Shown piece after piece: positions 26,426 to 35,341 of a DNA stretch of 38,430 bases (within the stretch, counting starts at the first letter, position 1; each line of letters opens with the position of its first letter). Origin of the DNA: Pyrinomonadaceae bacterium (GTDB taxonomy: Bacteria > Acidobacteriota > Blastocatellia > Pyrinomonadales > Pyrinomonadaceae). Location: contig DAITAB010000002.1 in assembly GCA_036824525.1 (NCBI GenBank), forward strand, positions 1-38,430, written 5' to 3'. Under the pieces are notes generated by a model. That model searched no databases. It saw only the letters and a program-made list of their open reading frames with translations, and was not told the origin of the DNA. Both the position numbers and the translations under genes were made by a program.

Positions 26426-27688
26426 TCATTCGTAGCGGAGCGATTCGATCGGATCGAGTCGCGCCGCTTTCCACGCCGGAAACAACCCAAATATCAAACC
26501 AATGCCAACGCTCGCACAAAAACCCGCGATGGGCGCCCAGAGCGGCACATATGAGGGAATAATCATCTTCACTAAAAACGTCAGTAACCATCCGATTGCC
26601 AATCCGATCAACCCGCCGATTCCCGTAAGAGTTGCCGCTTCGATCAAGAACTGAAGAAGGATATCAAATTGTTTTGCGCCTATCGCTTTGCGGATTCCGA
26701 TCTCGCGTGTCCGTTCAGTAACGGAAACCAGCATAATATTCATCACGCCTATTCCGCCGATCATTAACCCTACCGAAGAAATCACAACCATCGCGACTGC
26801 GGTCATCGCAATAACTGAGTTGAATTGATCGATGATGCTTGCAGCGGTCTCCATTCCAAAATTATTTGGCTCGCCGAAGGGAACTTTTCGCCGGATGCGC
26901 AACAAATCCTCAATTTGATTCTTTGCTTCCTGAAGCCTCTCCGGTTTCGCAACCGCCAGAATAAACAAGTCATCGGCGTATGGCTTTAAACGTAATGCAG
27001 ATCCCATCGGCATATAAATGATGTTGCTTTGATCGTTATTTCCGCCCCCGCCGCCGAAGAGTTGTTCGCGTTTCTGTAGCGTTCCGATTACCGTGAACTC
27101 ATGCCCGCCTATTTCAAGCGTTTTTCCGATTGGATTTTCATAGGGGAAATAATTTTCCACCACCGATGAACCGATTACGCATACCATGGCTTTTTCTTCA
27201 TTTTCTGAAGGTGAAAACCAGCGTCCGTCAACGAGAATTTCCGTATCGGTTTTTTCTACGTCAGGAAAAGTTCCGTTTAGCTGGACGGCGGTAGAGGTCT
27301 TTCCGTTTTTTCCTGTTACCAGAAGTTTGGCGCCGAAGAAATTGTTTGAAATGTCGAGATAGGGAACCGCCACTTCCACCGAGGGAAGTCCGGAAATCGC
27401 GTCGGCATCATCCATCGTGAGTGGTTTTCGCATTCGCTCTTCGCGAGTCGGCGCACTCGTCCGGACGCCAATATCGAATTTGTAAAGAAATATCGAACGC
27501 GTTCCGAAAGACTCTATTTCTTTTTCAAAGCCTACTTGGATTCCGCTGATTATTGACGAAATCAACATCACCGTAACCACGCCGATAATCACGCCAATGA
27601 TCGTCAATGCCGAACGAAGCTTATTCGAACGAAGCGTATCCAACGCCATTCGGAAATTTTCGTAAAAGGTTCCACCGGCTGCAAACAT
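26426..27688 (-). CDS. MacB/FtsX-type ABC transporter permease (type VII ABC), subunit 2
   Basis: 420 aa with N-terminal LDTLRSNKLRSALTIIGVIIGV, a large periplasmic domain, then the FtsX-type motifs VSVTERTREIGIRKAIGA and FPAWKAARLDPIESLRYE. Confidence 0.85.
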   Translation of the reverse strand: MFAAGGTFYENFRMALDTLRSNKLRSALTIIGVIIGVVTVMLISSIISGIQVGFEKEIESFGTRSIFLYKFDIGVRTSAPTREERMRKPLTMDDADAISGLPSVEVAVPYLDISNNFFGAKLLVTGKNGKTSTAVQLNGTFPDVEKTDTEILVDGRWFSPSENEEKAMVCVIGSSVVENYFPYENPIGKTLEIGGHEFTVIGTLQKREQLFGGGGGNNDQSNIIYMPMGSALRLKPYADDLFILAVAKPERLQEAKNQIEDLLRIRRKVPFGEPNNFGMETAASIIDQFNSVIAMTAVAMVVISSVGLMIGGIGVMNIMLVSVTERTREIGIRKAIGAKQFDILLQFLIEAATLTGIGGLIGLAIGWLLTFLVKMIIPSYVPLWAPIAGFCASVGIGLIFGLFPAWKAARLDPIESLRYE

Positions 27689-27691
27689 AAA

Positions 27692-28927
27692 TTACTCCGC
27701 GCGAAGTGCCTCAATCGGATCAAGTTTCGCCGCCTTCCATGCCGGATACAATCCCGCCAAGACGCCGATCCCGCCCGACACTACAATTGCAAGCAAACCC
27801 GACAACAGCGAAATGCGGGTCTCAAGAAGCATTTGAGAGACAACTACTCCGAGTATTTTTGCCAGAATCAGTCCGATAATTCCTCCCGACAAAGCCAGAG
27901 TAGAAGCTTCAAACAAAAACTGCCGCAGCAAATCTCCTTGTCTCGCTCCCAAACTTTTTCGAATTCCAATTTCTTTTGTCCGCTCTGTAACCGAAACGAG
28001 CATGATATTCATAATGACGATTGCGCCAACGATCAAAGCGATTGAAGGAACCGCCAGCGCGATAATCGCAACGAGTCCGAAAATCCTATCGCGAATACCG
28101 GTGATCGCGTCGGGAGTCATTATTCCAAAGTTGTCTTTTTCGGAATATCCTAGTTTCCTGCGCGTACGCATAATCGTGCGCACTTCTTCTACGGCATCGT
28201 TGTAAAACTTGTCGTTTTTCGCCGTGACTTGGAAATAGACTCCGCGGCTTCTTGTAAGTCCGCCGAAGTTTGCGCCGTAAGTGCGTATTGGAAGCTGCAC
28301 GAAATTGTCCTGCGGCATTCCGAAGATCGTACCTTTTGCAACCTGAACGCCGACGACCCGGTAAGGAATTCCACGAACGTCAAGCTCCTGTCCGATTGCC
28401 GAACCTGTCGGGAAGAGCTTCGTTGCGACATCGGCGCCGATGAAAGCGACGCGAAGAGCATTGTTGTTTTCAACGTCAGTGAAGTATCGACCTTCCGCAA
28501 TATCAATTTTTTCAATCTCCGAAATGATCGGTTCGCATCCCTCGATTTTTACGTCGCGGAGCGTTTCGGTTCCGCGTTTCACCTCCGAAGAATTTGGCAA
28601 TGCCTTTACGCCGATTTTGTCTATCAACTGCGCCCGTTCGCGAATGTAATCACGTTCGGCAAAAGTGAGTTCTTTGTTCCTGCGCTGCGCCGCCGCAATC
28701 GTGTCAGTGTCTTTAAAGTCATCGAAATTGAATCGCCTCACTGTGAACGAATTTGAACCGACTCCTGCAATTTTTTCGTCGATGTAAGCATTAAATCCCT
28801 GCAGCAACGAGAAGACCAACATAAACGCCGTGACGCCGATGATCATGCCGAGCAACGTCAAGAACGAACGCAGCTTGTGAGCCCATATTGCCGCCAACGC
28901 CAGTTTTAATGTCTCGAGAATATTCAT
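27692..28927 (-). CDS. MacB/FtsX-type ABC transporter permease (type VII ABC), subunit 1
   Basis: 411 aa and paralogous to the downstream permease: AHKLRSFLTLLGMIIGV, VSVTERTKEIGIRKSLGA, YPAWKAAKLDPIEALRAE. There is a 3-nt gap to the next gene. Confidence 0.85.
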   Translation of the reverse strand: MNILETLKLALAAIWAHKLRSFLTLLGMIIGVTAFMLVFSLLQGFNAYIDEKIAGVGSNSFTVRRFNFDDFKDTDTIAAAQRRNKELTFAERDYIRERAQLIDKIGVKALPNSSEVKRGTETLRDVKIEGCEPIISEIEKIDIAEGRYFTDVENNNALRVAFIGADVATKLFPTGSAIGQELDVRGIPYRVVGVQVAKGTIFGMPQDNFVQLPIRTYGANFGGLTRSRGVYFQVTAKNDKFYNDAVEEVRTIMRTRRKLGYSEKDNFGIMTPDAITGIRDRIFGLVAIIALAVPSIALIVGAIVIMNIMLVSVTERTKEIGIRKSLGARQGDLLRQFLFEASTLALSGGIIGLILAKILGVVVSQMLLETRISLLSGLLAIVVSGGIGVLAGLYPAWKAAKLDPIEALRAE

Positions 28928-28948
28928 TCGACTGCCTAATAATAAACT

Positions 28949-29659
28949 CTAGCGAATATTTTCGCCTACACGAGCGAGCTTTATAAGGCTCGCAAAATGG
29001 CAAAAGAATACGATGGGAACAATGATCGTCGGCAACCAGATATAAGGTAAATACAAAACCGCGCGATTCGGTTGATCAAATGACATTTGCTGGAAAGATG
29101 ATTCAAGCGAAAGTGCAGCGTGAACGACTATATTCAAAACAAGGAGCAGCGCTAAGGAATTCCAGATGATCAACAATGTCCGATTTATTTTTCCACTGCG
29201 AAAAGCAAACCATGCCATTATCGGCGCGGTTATTCCCGCGAGGATGTCAAAATTTCGTCCTTCGAAGGTCATCACCTGCGGAATAAGTTTCGCACCGTAA
29301 AGCCACCAAAGCACAATCTCGACGGGAATTCGCATCGTGTGAATCCAGGTAAGCGGTCTAAGTTTTAGCCGCGAAATGAAACCATTTTGTCCGGTAATTA
29401 TCGCCGCAATCATTACAATTAACGACGGCAGAACGCCAAATACAATCAGGCGCGGCGGAAATCCGGTTTCGTCCAGATAGAATCCAAATGCCGCGAGAGT
29501 GCCGTAAAAAAGCAAACCGAACGGTAGTAGAAAAGAAATTGCTTTGGTTTGAAAAAGACTAAAGGCTCCGCGCTTCACTACATAAAGCAGAGTCACTACG
29601 GTGACCATTGTGGTAAGAAAAAACACAATGGAAACATACGATGGAACATTTTCGATCAT
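28949..29659 (-). CDS. Uncharacterised polytopic (about 7-TM) membrane protein embedded in the ABC exporter operon
   Basis: 236 aa, almost entirely hydrophobic helices (for example [67 protein letters not shown]). I recognise no family motif. Its ATG overlaps the stop of the upstream ATPase gene (ATGA, 29656-29659), and it lies 21 nt upstream of the permease. Confidence 0.6.
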   Translation of the reverse strand: MIENVPSYVSIVFFLTTMVTVVTLLYVVKRGAFSLFQTKAISFLLPFGLLFYGTLAAFGFYLDETGFPPRLIVFGVLPSLIVMIAAIITGQNGFISRLKLRPLTWIHTMRIPVEIVLWWLYGAKLIPQVMTFEGRNFDILAGITAPIMAWFAFRSGKINRTLLIIWNSLALLLVLNIVVHAALSLESSFQQMSFDQPNRAVLYLPYIWLPTIIVPIVFFCHFASLIKLARVGENIR

Positions 29660-30393
29660 CGTGTGCGTTCATCTTTCTCGATCTTTCCGTCCCGAATTGT
29701 AATCACGCGATGAGCCCTCGCAGCGATATCCTGTTCGTGAGTAACGACGATAATTGTATTTCCGTCCCGATTCAATTTCTCGAAGAGCTCCATGATTTCG
29801 TAACTCGTTTTTGTGTCAAGAGCTCCCGTCGGTTCATCGGCGAGCAGTATCGAAGGATGATTTACAAGCGCACGCGCAATCGCTACACGTTGTCTTTGTC
29901 CACCCGAAAGTTCGTTCGGACGATGCTTTGCCCGATCGCCAAGTTCTACTGAGATGAGCGTATCAGTTGCGCGCTGTATGCGCTCCGCCGAACGCATACC
30001 GGCGTAAATTAGCGGAAGCTCAACATTGTGGAGCGCGGTTGCGCGTGCGAGAAGATTAAACGTCTGAAAAACGAATCCGATTTCCTTGTTGCGAATTTGC
30101 GCAAGCTCGTCATCCGTCATGTCGGAGACCAGGTTTCCGTTGATCCAATATTCGCCTTTCGAAGGTGAATCGAGGCATCCGATCAAATTCATTAACGTGG
30201 ACTTTCCCGATCCCGATGGACCAATGATTGCTACGTATTCACCAGTTTTTACCTCAAAGGAAACATCGCGAAGTGCGTGCAATTCTTCATTGCCCATTTG
30301 GTAGGTCTTCCAAATGTTCCGCATGGAAATCAGAAGTTGCGGCGCAGCCGGTTTACCATTTGACGGATTTTGATTGTTGGAATCGGTTGACAT
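29656..30393 (-). CDS. ABC transporter ATP-binding protein (MacB/LolD-type stand-alone NBD)
   Basis: Walker [11 protein letters not shown]-loop FVFQTFNLL, signature [15 protein letters not shown], Walker [13 protein letters not shown]-loop VVTHE. Confidence 0.9.
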   Translation of the reverse strand: MSTDSNNQNPSNGKPAAPQLLISMRNIWKTYQMGNEELHALRDVSFEVKTGEYVAIIGPSGSGKSTLMNLIGCLDSPSKGEYWINGNLVSDMTDDELAQIRNKEIGFVFQTFNLLARATALHNVELPLIYAGMRSAERIQRATDTLISVELGDRAKHRPNELSGGQRQRVAIARALVNHPSILLADEPTGALDTKTSYEIMELFEKLNRDGNTIIVVTHEQDIAARAHRVITIRDGKIEKDERTR

Positions 30394-30416
30394 ATTTCTA
30401 TGAATTAACTCGCTGA

Positions 30417-31997
30417 CTATTTCGAACCGGTCGGAGTTTCTTCTTTCTTAACCTGAATCTTGACTACATCGCCGTCTTTCAAAGTTCGCAAAACGCGCGT
30501 AGGTCCGGTGATTACTTCCATACCTTCATTCAATCCGCTGGTAACCTGAATTTCGGATTCTCCCGTTATTCCTGTCGTTACTTCAACGAAGCGAACTTTT
30601 TTTCCGTCTAAAATATAGACGCCTTTTTGCGCCTTCGGTTTTTCGCCAGACTGAGAATCCGGTGTCGGAGTCGGTGAACCTTCTGCGTCCGATCTTTTTT
30701 CTATGACCGCCTGCAGCGGAACTGCAATCACATCGTTAACCGTCTTCGTATTTATCGTCGCAGTCGCGCTCATTCCGGGTCGAAGTCCTTCTTGGATCTC
30801 TTTTGGAAGATCTACCAACATTATCACGACGCGAAATTCCTTCGCCTCTTGCACGTTGATATTCACGGAAAGTCCGCCTTGCGTTTGTGACTTTCCGAGT
30901 GCCAAAGGAGTTTTTTGTGTAACTTCTCCCAACAATTCTGTCTCCGAAAAAGCGTCAACTTTTATTTTCGCTTTTTGCCCAACGGCAACTTTATCTATCT
31001 CAGTCTCGTCAACTTTGACCTCAATATTGATCAACGACATATCGGCAATCGTCATCAGTGCGGTGGTTGAAAGTCCCGCAACGGCAAAAGTTCCCACCTT
31101 AGACGGAATATCCGCCACGACACCATTAATCGGCGCTACGACGAGACTTTTGTCGCGTTGAGTCCTTTGTCCACGCAAAATTGCCGACTGCTGATTTACC
31201 CGACTCAAAACGGATTGCGCACTCATCGAGGCAGTTCCTACCGCGCGTCTAGAATCTTGAATCGCAACTTCCTGTTGTTTCGCGCGCGCCCGTGCTTCGT
31301 TTACTCGCGTTTCGGCTTCCTTCACCGCCAGCTGCTGAGATTTCAGCCGTGACTGTCGATTTCTCAGTGAGATCTCCGCTTGATCAACGCGATCTTTCGC
31401 CTGGTCATATTCGAGACGTGAAATCACCGCACCTTCAAGTAATTCCGCGGAGCGCTTTAATTCACGTTGCGCAATGAGCAAATCTTTCGCGGCGGAATCC
31501 ACGTCGGCTTGAGCTGCATCAACGCCTTGTCGCGCCGAAACAACTTGTTGCGATGCGGTATCAACCGAAGCAAGAGATGCGTTGTAGCTTTGTTGAGCTT
31601 GTGCGAGCTGATTTTGCGCCGCGGTAATTTGTGACTGCGCAACTTGAGAATCGCTCTGCGCCGCCTGAAATGCTGCCGATTGCGCGTCAGTGCTGGATTG
31701 AAGTTGTGTGGGATCGAGACGCACAAGCGGCTGACCCTTGGTAACCTGCTCGCCCTCACGGACGAATATTTCTTCGATTCGTCCCTGAACTTCACTCGTC
31801 TGATTTATGAATTGAACGGGTCGCACTTCGCCGGAGGCAACTACCGTCGAGCGAAGTTCGCGTTTTATGGCAAGTTTAACGACCGTAACTTCCGGCGTAT
31901 CTTTTCGCGTTGCCAAGACACTCGCTACGATAATTAATGCTAACGCCGCGATTCCGACCACACCGATAATAATTTTTTTCTTTTTAGTAAGAGCCAT
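30417..31997 (-). CDS. Efflux periplasmic adaptor (membrane-fusion protein, MacA/HlyD family)
   Basis: N-terminal TM anchor [25 protein letters not shown], lipoyl-like EVRPV...[24 protein letters not shown], a long Gln/Ala-rich coiled-coil hairpin, and a beta-barrel/MP domain. I prefer ATG 31997 (GAGGAA 6 nt upstream) over the TTG track start 32015. Confidence 0.85.
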   Translation of the reverse strand: MALTKKKKIIIGVVGIAALALIIVASVLATRKDTPEVTVVKLAIKRELRSTVVASGEVRPVQFINQTSEVQGRIEEIFVREGEQVTKGQPLVRLDPTQLQSSTDAQSAAFQAAQSDSQVAQSQITAAQNQLAQAQQSYNASLASVDTASQQVVSARQGVDAAQADVDSAAKDLLIAQRELKRSAELLEGAVISRLEYDQAKDRVDQAEISLRNRQSRLKSQQLAVKEAETRVNEARARAKQQEVAIQDSRRAVGTASMSAQSVLSRVNQQSAILRGQRTQRDKSLVVAPINGVVADIPSKVGTFAVAGLSTTALMTIADMSLINIEVKVDETEIDKVAVGQKAKIKVDAFSETELLGEVTQKTPLALGKSQTQGGLSVNINVQEAKEFRVVIMLVDLPKEIQEGLRPGMSATATINTKTVNDVIAVPLQAVIEKRSDAEGSPTPTPDSQSGEKPKAQKGVYILDGKKVRFVEVTTGITGESEIQVTSGLNEGMEVITGPTRVLRTLKDGDVVKIQVKKEETPTGSK

Positions 31998-32262
31998 TCC
32001 AATTTCCTCAAACAATAACTGGTATTGTGAATTCGGTTGGTATCAAAACGCAACTGCACACAACTTCATCGCACGGACTTGAATACGCCGAAAACCGTTT
32101 CAGTGTTTCAACTTAAGGCGATTCGCTTGCATAATAAATTGACTCCGTGATGAACTTCTTCATCAACCGGAGTGTATCTTATGGTGCATTTACGATTTGC
32201 GGGCAAAGGGTTAAAATAACCGCGAAGTTATTATCTTTAGCCGGATTACAACGGTTTAGTAA

Positions 32263-32853
32263 ATGACGATGATAAAATGTCGCGTCTGTCAGACGGAAAA
32301 TCTTGAAGACTCGCGCTATTGCGACGAGTGCGGAACCGTGCTCAATGGCACTGGCGAATCTTCGTCAGGTCCTTCGGCTCACAGTATGGAATTTAAAGTC
32401 ACGGATGACTTTCCCGCGTTTCGTTCCCACATCAAAACCATGGATGCTCCGTTGGCGGAGAGATCCTCTAGTAAGCTCGCAACCGGAGACGACAGCGAGA
32501 CACGCGGCGATTCGAATGGACTGGCATCGGCAAAACTTGAAATTGAGCGCGGTGGAACCGCCGGAACTCTTTTCGATCTATCACAAACGGAATCGCAGAT
32601 TGGACGTTGGGACGCGGACAACGGAATTTTTCCGGATGTGGATTTGGACGCCCACGATCCCGAAGCAAAAGTCTCGCGGAGGCATGCGCGAATTTTCGTC
32701 GAGAATGGGCGACACTTTATAGAGGATCTTGGCTCGACCAATGGAACCTTCATCAATCGCGGTCGCCGATTGATTCCTGGAGATAAACACCCGCTTTCCG
32801 ATAACGATGAGATTATCGTTGGAAAAACCTTCTTAAGATTTCGAATTCTTTGA
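32263..32853 (+). CDS. Zinc-ribbon (DZR-like) + FHA domain protein
   Basis: 196 aa. N-terminal CRVCQTENLEDSRYCDECG, a Ser/Asp-rich linker, and a C-terminal FHA: IGRWDADNGIFPDVDL...KVSRRHARIFVENGRHFIEDLGSTNGTFIN. Confidence 0.85.
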   Translation: MTMIKCRVCQTENLEDSRYCDECGTVLNGTGESSSGPSAHSMEFKVTDDFPAFRSHIKTMDAPLAERSSSKLATGDDSETRGDSNGLASAKLEIERGGTAGTLFDLSQTESQIGRWDADNGIFPDVDLDAHDPEAKVSRRHARIFVENGRHFIEDLGSTNGTFINRGRRLIPGDKHPLSDNDEIIVGKTFLRFRIL

Positions 32854-32872
32854 CCGAGCGAACGAGCAAGAG

Positions 32873-34723
32873 ATGACTGACTGTAAAGAATGTGGTTCGG
32901 AAGTATCTGACGACGCGCTTTTCTGTGGGAACTGCGGCGTCGCTTTCACCGCTTTCGCTCCCGAGAAGTCGGAGCGAAAGGTTGGCGCCAACAAGTCCTC
33001 GTCCGACTTGGTCGATGCTCCGTCCGAAGAAGTCCGTTCTGCAGATATTTCCGACTCATATTCAAAAACAGCATCGGAAATTTTACCGTCTGACCAAGAT
33101 GATCACCCGACAATTACGGACACGGATTTCTTCGACAAGGAAAACGACCTCCTTCGAACTAACCCGTCGGCTTCGTCGCCCATTGCAGAATCCTCAGATG
33201 AAGTTTCGCCGGAATCCCACGCAGACGAAAAGTCGTCAGCTTCTTCCGTTAACGTGACACCGGAGAATCGTTTCGACGATGCGACTTCGACGGAAATCTC
33301 CGATCAGAATTCTTTTACCACTCCTAACATTGCGGCTTCGGACACGGATGGAAAGAATCGTGCGACGTTGAAAACGCTTCAAGAAGGCGCGCTTCTCAAT
33401 GGGCGTTATGAGATCGTAAGAAAAATAGGCGGCGGCGGAATGGGCGCGGTTTACCTTGCACATGACCGCAACCTTGGCGGCATGGTCCGCGCGGTCAAAG
33501 AAATGGTGCAGTCGCACATCGACGAATCACAACAAGAAAAAGCCGTAGATGATTTCAGACGAGAATCGCTATTGCTGACGACGCTTGATCACCCTTCGAT
33601 TCCGACCATCTACGATTATTTTTTCGATGAAAGATCGGAGCGTTTTTATCTCGTAATGAAATACATTTCCGGAGGCGATTTGGCGTCGCGCCTGCGTGCT
33701 GTGCCGGAAGGTAGAATTGACGAGAAACAAGTTACCGATTGGGCTATCCAACTCGCTTCAGTGCTCGAGTATTTGCATAATCATGAGCCGCCGATAATAT
33801 ATCGCGACCTAAAACCATCCAACGTTATGATCGATGGCGTTACGGGAAGAGTGATGCTGGTTGATTTCGGTATCGCACGTTGGGTGAACAAAGATGAGCA
33901 GGGTGTTACGGCAATCGGGACAATGGGCTATGCGCCGCCGGAGTTATTTAGCGGAAATGTAGAACCGCGCTCGGATATTTATTCTCTCGGTTCCACGATG
34001 TTTCACCTTCTAACGGGTGCTGATCCGCAGAGTAACCCTTTGTTGATCTTTAATTTTGAAAAGAATCCGCGACCGCGCCAGATTAATCCGCAGCTGACCG
34101 ATCAAATTGAAGCTATTCTTGCGCGCGCGGTCGAATACGATGCTCATATGCGTTTCGCAAGCGCCGCTGAATTTCGTATGGCACTCGCAAAACACGCTTC
34201 CGATCTCAAGTCCGGTCGCGTTACCTTCGGAATAGCGACGCCGCAAAAGTCACCTTCATTCGAAACGCCGGTATTTTGTGGGTTTTGTGGGCAAAAAATT
34301 GTCGTGTCGGATGTATTTTGTCCATATTGCGGAGTAAGACAGCCTACACTCGCACAAGCAGGAGCAAAGCGTTTGGTTGGACGGAAAACGGCGCGTCTCG
34401 TCGTGCTTAATACGAATGAACTCGAGTCTCCGCAGATCGTTTTGGAAAAGGACGAGAATTTGATCGGACGTCGGGATCCGATCTCAAATATATTTCCGGA
34501 AGTGGATTTGTCTAAATTTGACCCGACTACTAAGGTGTCGCGTCGCCATGCGCGAATCTGGCGCCAAAGCGGTTCGTTTCTTATTGAAGATCTCGGTTCG
34601 TCTAATGGCACTTTTATTGTTAGAAAGGATACGATAAAACTTCTTCCGCGACAGCCTTGCGCACTCGTCAATGGCGACAAGGTGAGACTCGGTGATACGA
34701 CTTTGCATTTTGTGCTGAATTGA
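32873..34723 (+). CDS. Hanks-type Ser/Thr protein kinase with N-terminal zinc ribbon, internal zinc ribbon and C-terminal FHA domain
   Basis: 616 aa. CKECGSEVSDDALFCGNCG, then an acidic disordered region. The kinase core has the G-loop IGGGGMGAVY, Lys in RAVKEM, catalytic loop IIYRDLKPSN (YRD in place of HRD), VDFGIA and GTMGYAPPE. A second ribbon CGFCGQKIVVSDVFCPYCG follows, then FHA LIGRRDPISNIFPEVDL...KVSRRHARIWRQSGSFLIEDLGSSNGTF. Confidence 0.9.
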   Translation: MTDCKECGSEVSDDALFCGNCGVAFTAFAPEKSERKVGANKSSSDLVDAPSEEVRSADISDSYSKTASEILPSDQDDHPTITDTDFFDKENDLLRTNPSASSPIAESSDEVSPESHADEKSSASSVNVTPENRFDDATSTEISDQNSFTTPNIAASDTDGKNRATLKTLQEGALLNGRYEIVRKIGGGGMGAVYLAHDRNLGGMVRAVKEMVQSHIDESQQEKAVDDFRRESLLLTTLDHPSIPTIYDYFFDERSERFYLVMKYISGGDLASRLRAVPEGRIDEKQVTDWAIQLASVLEYLHNHEPPIIYRDLKPSNVMIDGVTGRVMLVDFGIARWVNKDEQGVTAIGTMGYAPPELFSGNVEPRSDIYSLGSTMFHLLTGADPQSNPLLIFNFEKNPRPRQINPQLTDQIEAILARAVEYDAHMRFASAAEFRMALAKHASDLKSGRVTFGIATPQKSPSFETPVFCGFCGQKIVVSDVFCPYCGVRQPTLAQAGAKRLVGRKTARLVVLNTNELESPQIVLEKDENLIGRRDPISNIFPEVDLSKFDPTTKVSRRHARIWRQSGSFLIEDLGSSNGTFIVRKDTIKLLPRQPCALVNGDKVRLGDTTLHFVLN

Positions 34724-34795
34724 GTTTCTGTAGCGTAGATTTTTTTTTGTGAACTCTGCCTCCGACTCCAAAGTTGCAGAATACTTTTTGAGAAT

Positions 34796-35317
34796 ATGAA
34801 TCCGCGAATCGAGACAACATTTCCGGTCGGGCATGCGACACAAAATGAAGTCGTACAAGGCTTTGATGCCCGGAAACTCCGTGCGCCGTTTTTGTTGCGT
34901 TTCGGCGCGTTGTTCATCGACTACATTTTCTTTCTCATTATTCCTGCGACAAGTATCATTCTCGGAAGACTTCTCGGATACGACGGTAGAAGATTGCTCG
35001 ATAGTGAGTTAACCAATACCGGTTGGCTCTTCGGAATTTTGTTGGCGCTTACAAACCTCGTAATTTTTCCGATGTTCAGCGGGCAGAGCGTCGGAAAGAT
35101 GTTGACGGGAATACGAATCGTATCGCGCGACGGTAAATCGCCAACATTTGCGACAATTCTCGTCCGGCATCTGGTTGGGTATCCCATAACGCTCGGAAGT
35201 CTCGGACTTGGATTTTTCGTTTCGTTTTTTAGTACTAAGGGACGAGCTTTACACGATCTCATCGCGGGAACGGTAGTTATACATGGAGTACCAAAACGCA
35301 AATTTAAGAATTTGTAA
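34796..35317 (+). CDS. RDD family membrane protein
   Basis: 173 aa with RAPFLLRFGALFIDYIFFLIIP (first R and D context), three TM helices, GKMLTGIRIVSRDG and ALHDLIAGTVV, the typical RDD layout. Confidence 0.8.
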   Translation: MNPRIETTFPVGHATQNEVVQGFDARKLRAPFLLRFGALFIDYIFFLIIPATSIILGRLLGYDGRRLLDSELTNTGWLFGILLALTNLVIFPMFSGQSVGKMLTGIRIVSRDGKSPTFATILVRHLVGYPITLGSLGLGFFVSFFSTKGRALHDLIAGTVVIHGVPKRKFKNL

Positions 35318-35341
35318 TATTCTTTTCTGGATCGACATTTT

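Noticed and set aside
5686-31161. Other long shadow ORFs (5686-6171-, 9811-10251-, 10765-11271+, 13444-13851-, 24747-25301-, 28229-28756+, 30703-31161+)
   Set aside because: Each is fully embedded in a motif-supported gene on the other strand or frame. None shows a signal peptide, domain motif or SD.
32036-32050. Sigma54-like TGGTAT-N-CGCA element upstream of the FHA operon
   Set aside because: The GG-to-GC spacing is one nt short of the -24/-12 consensus, the flanking bases do not match TGGCAC/TTGCA, and no enhancer-binding protein gene is nearby.
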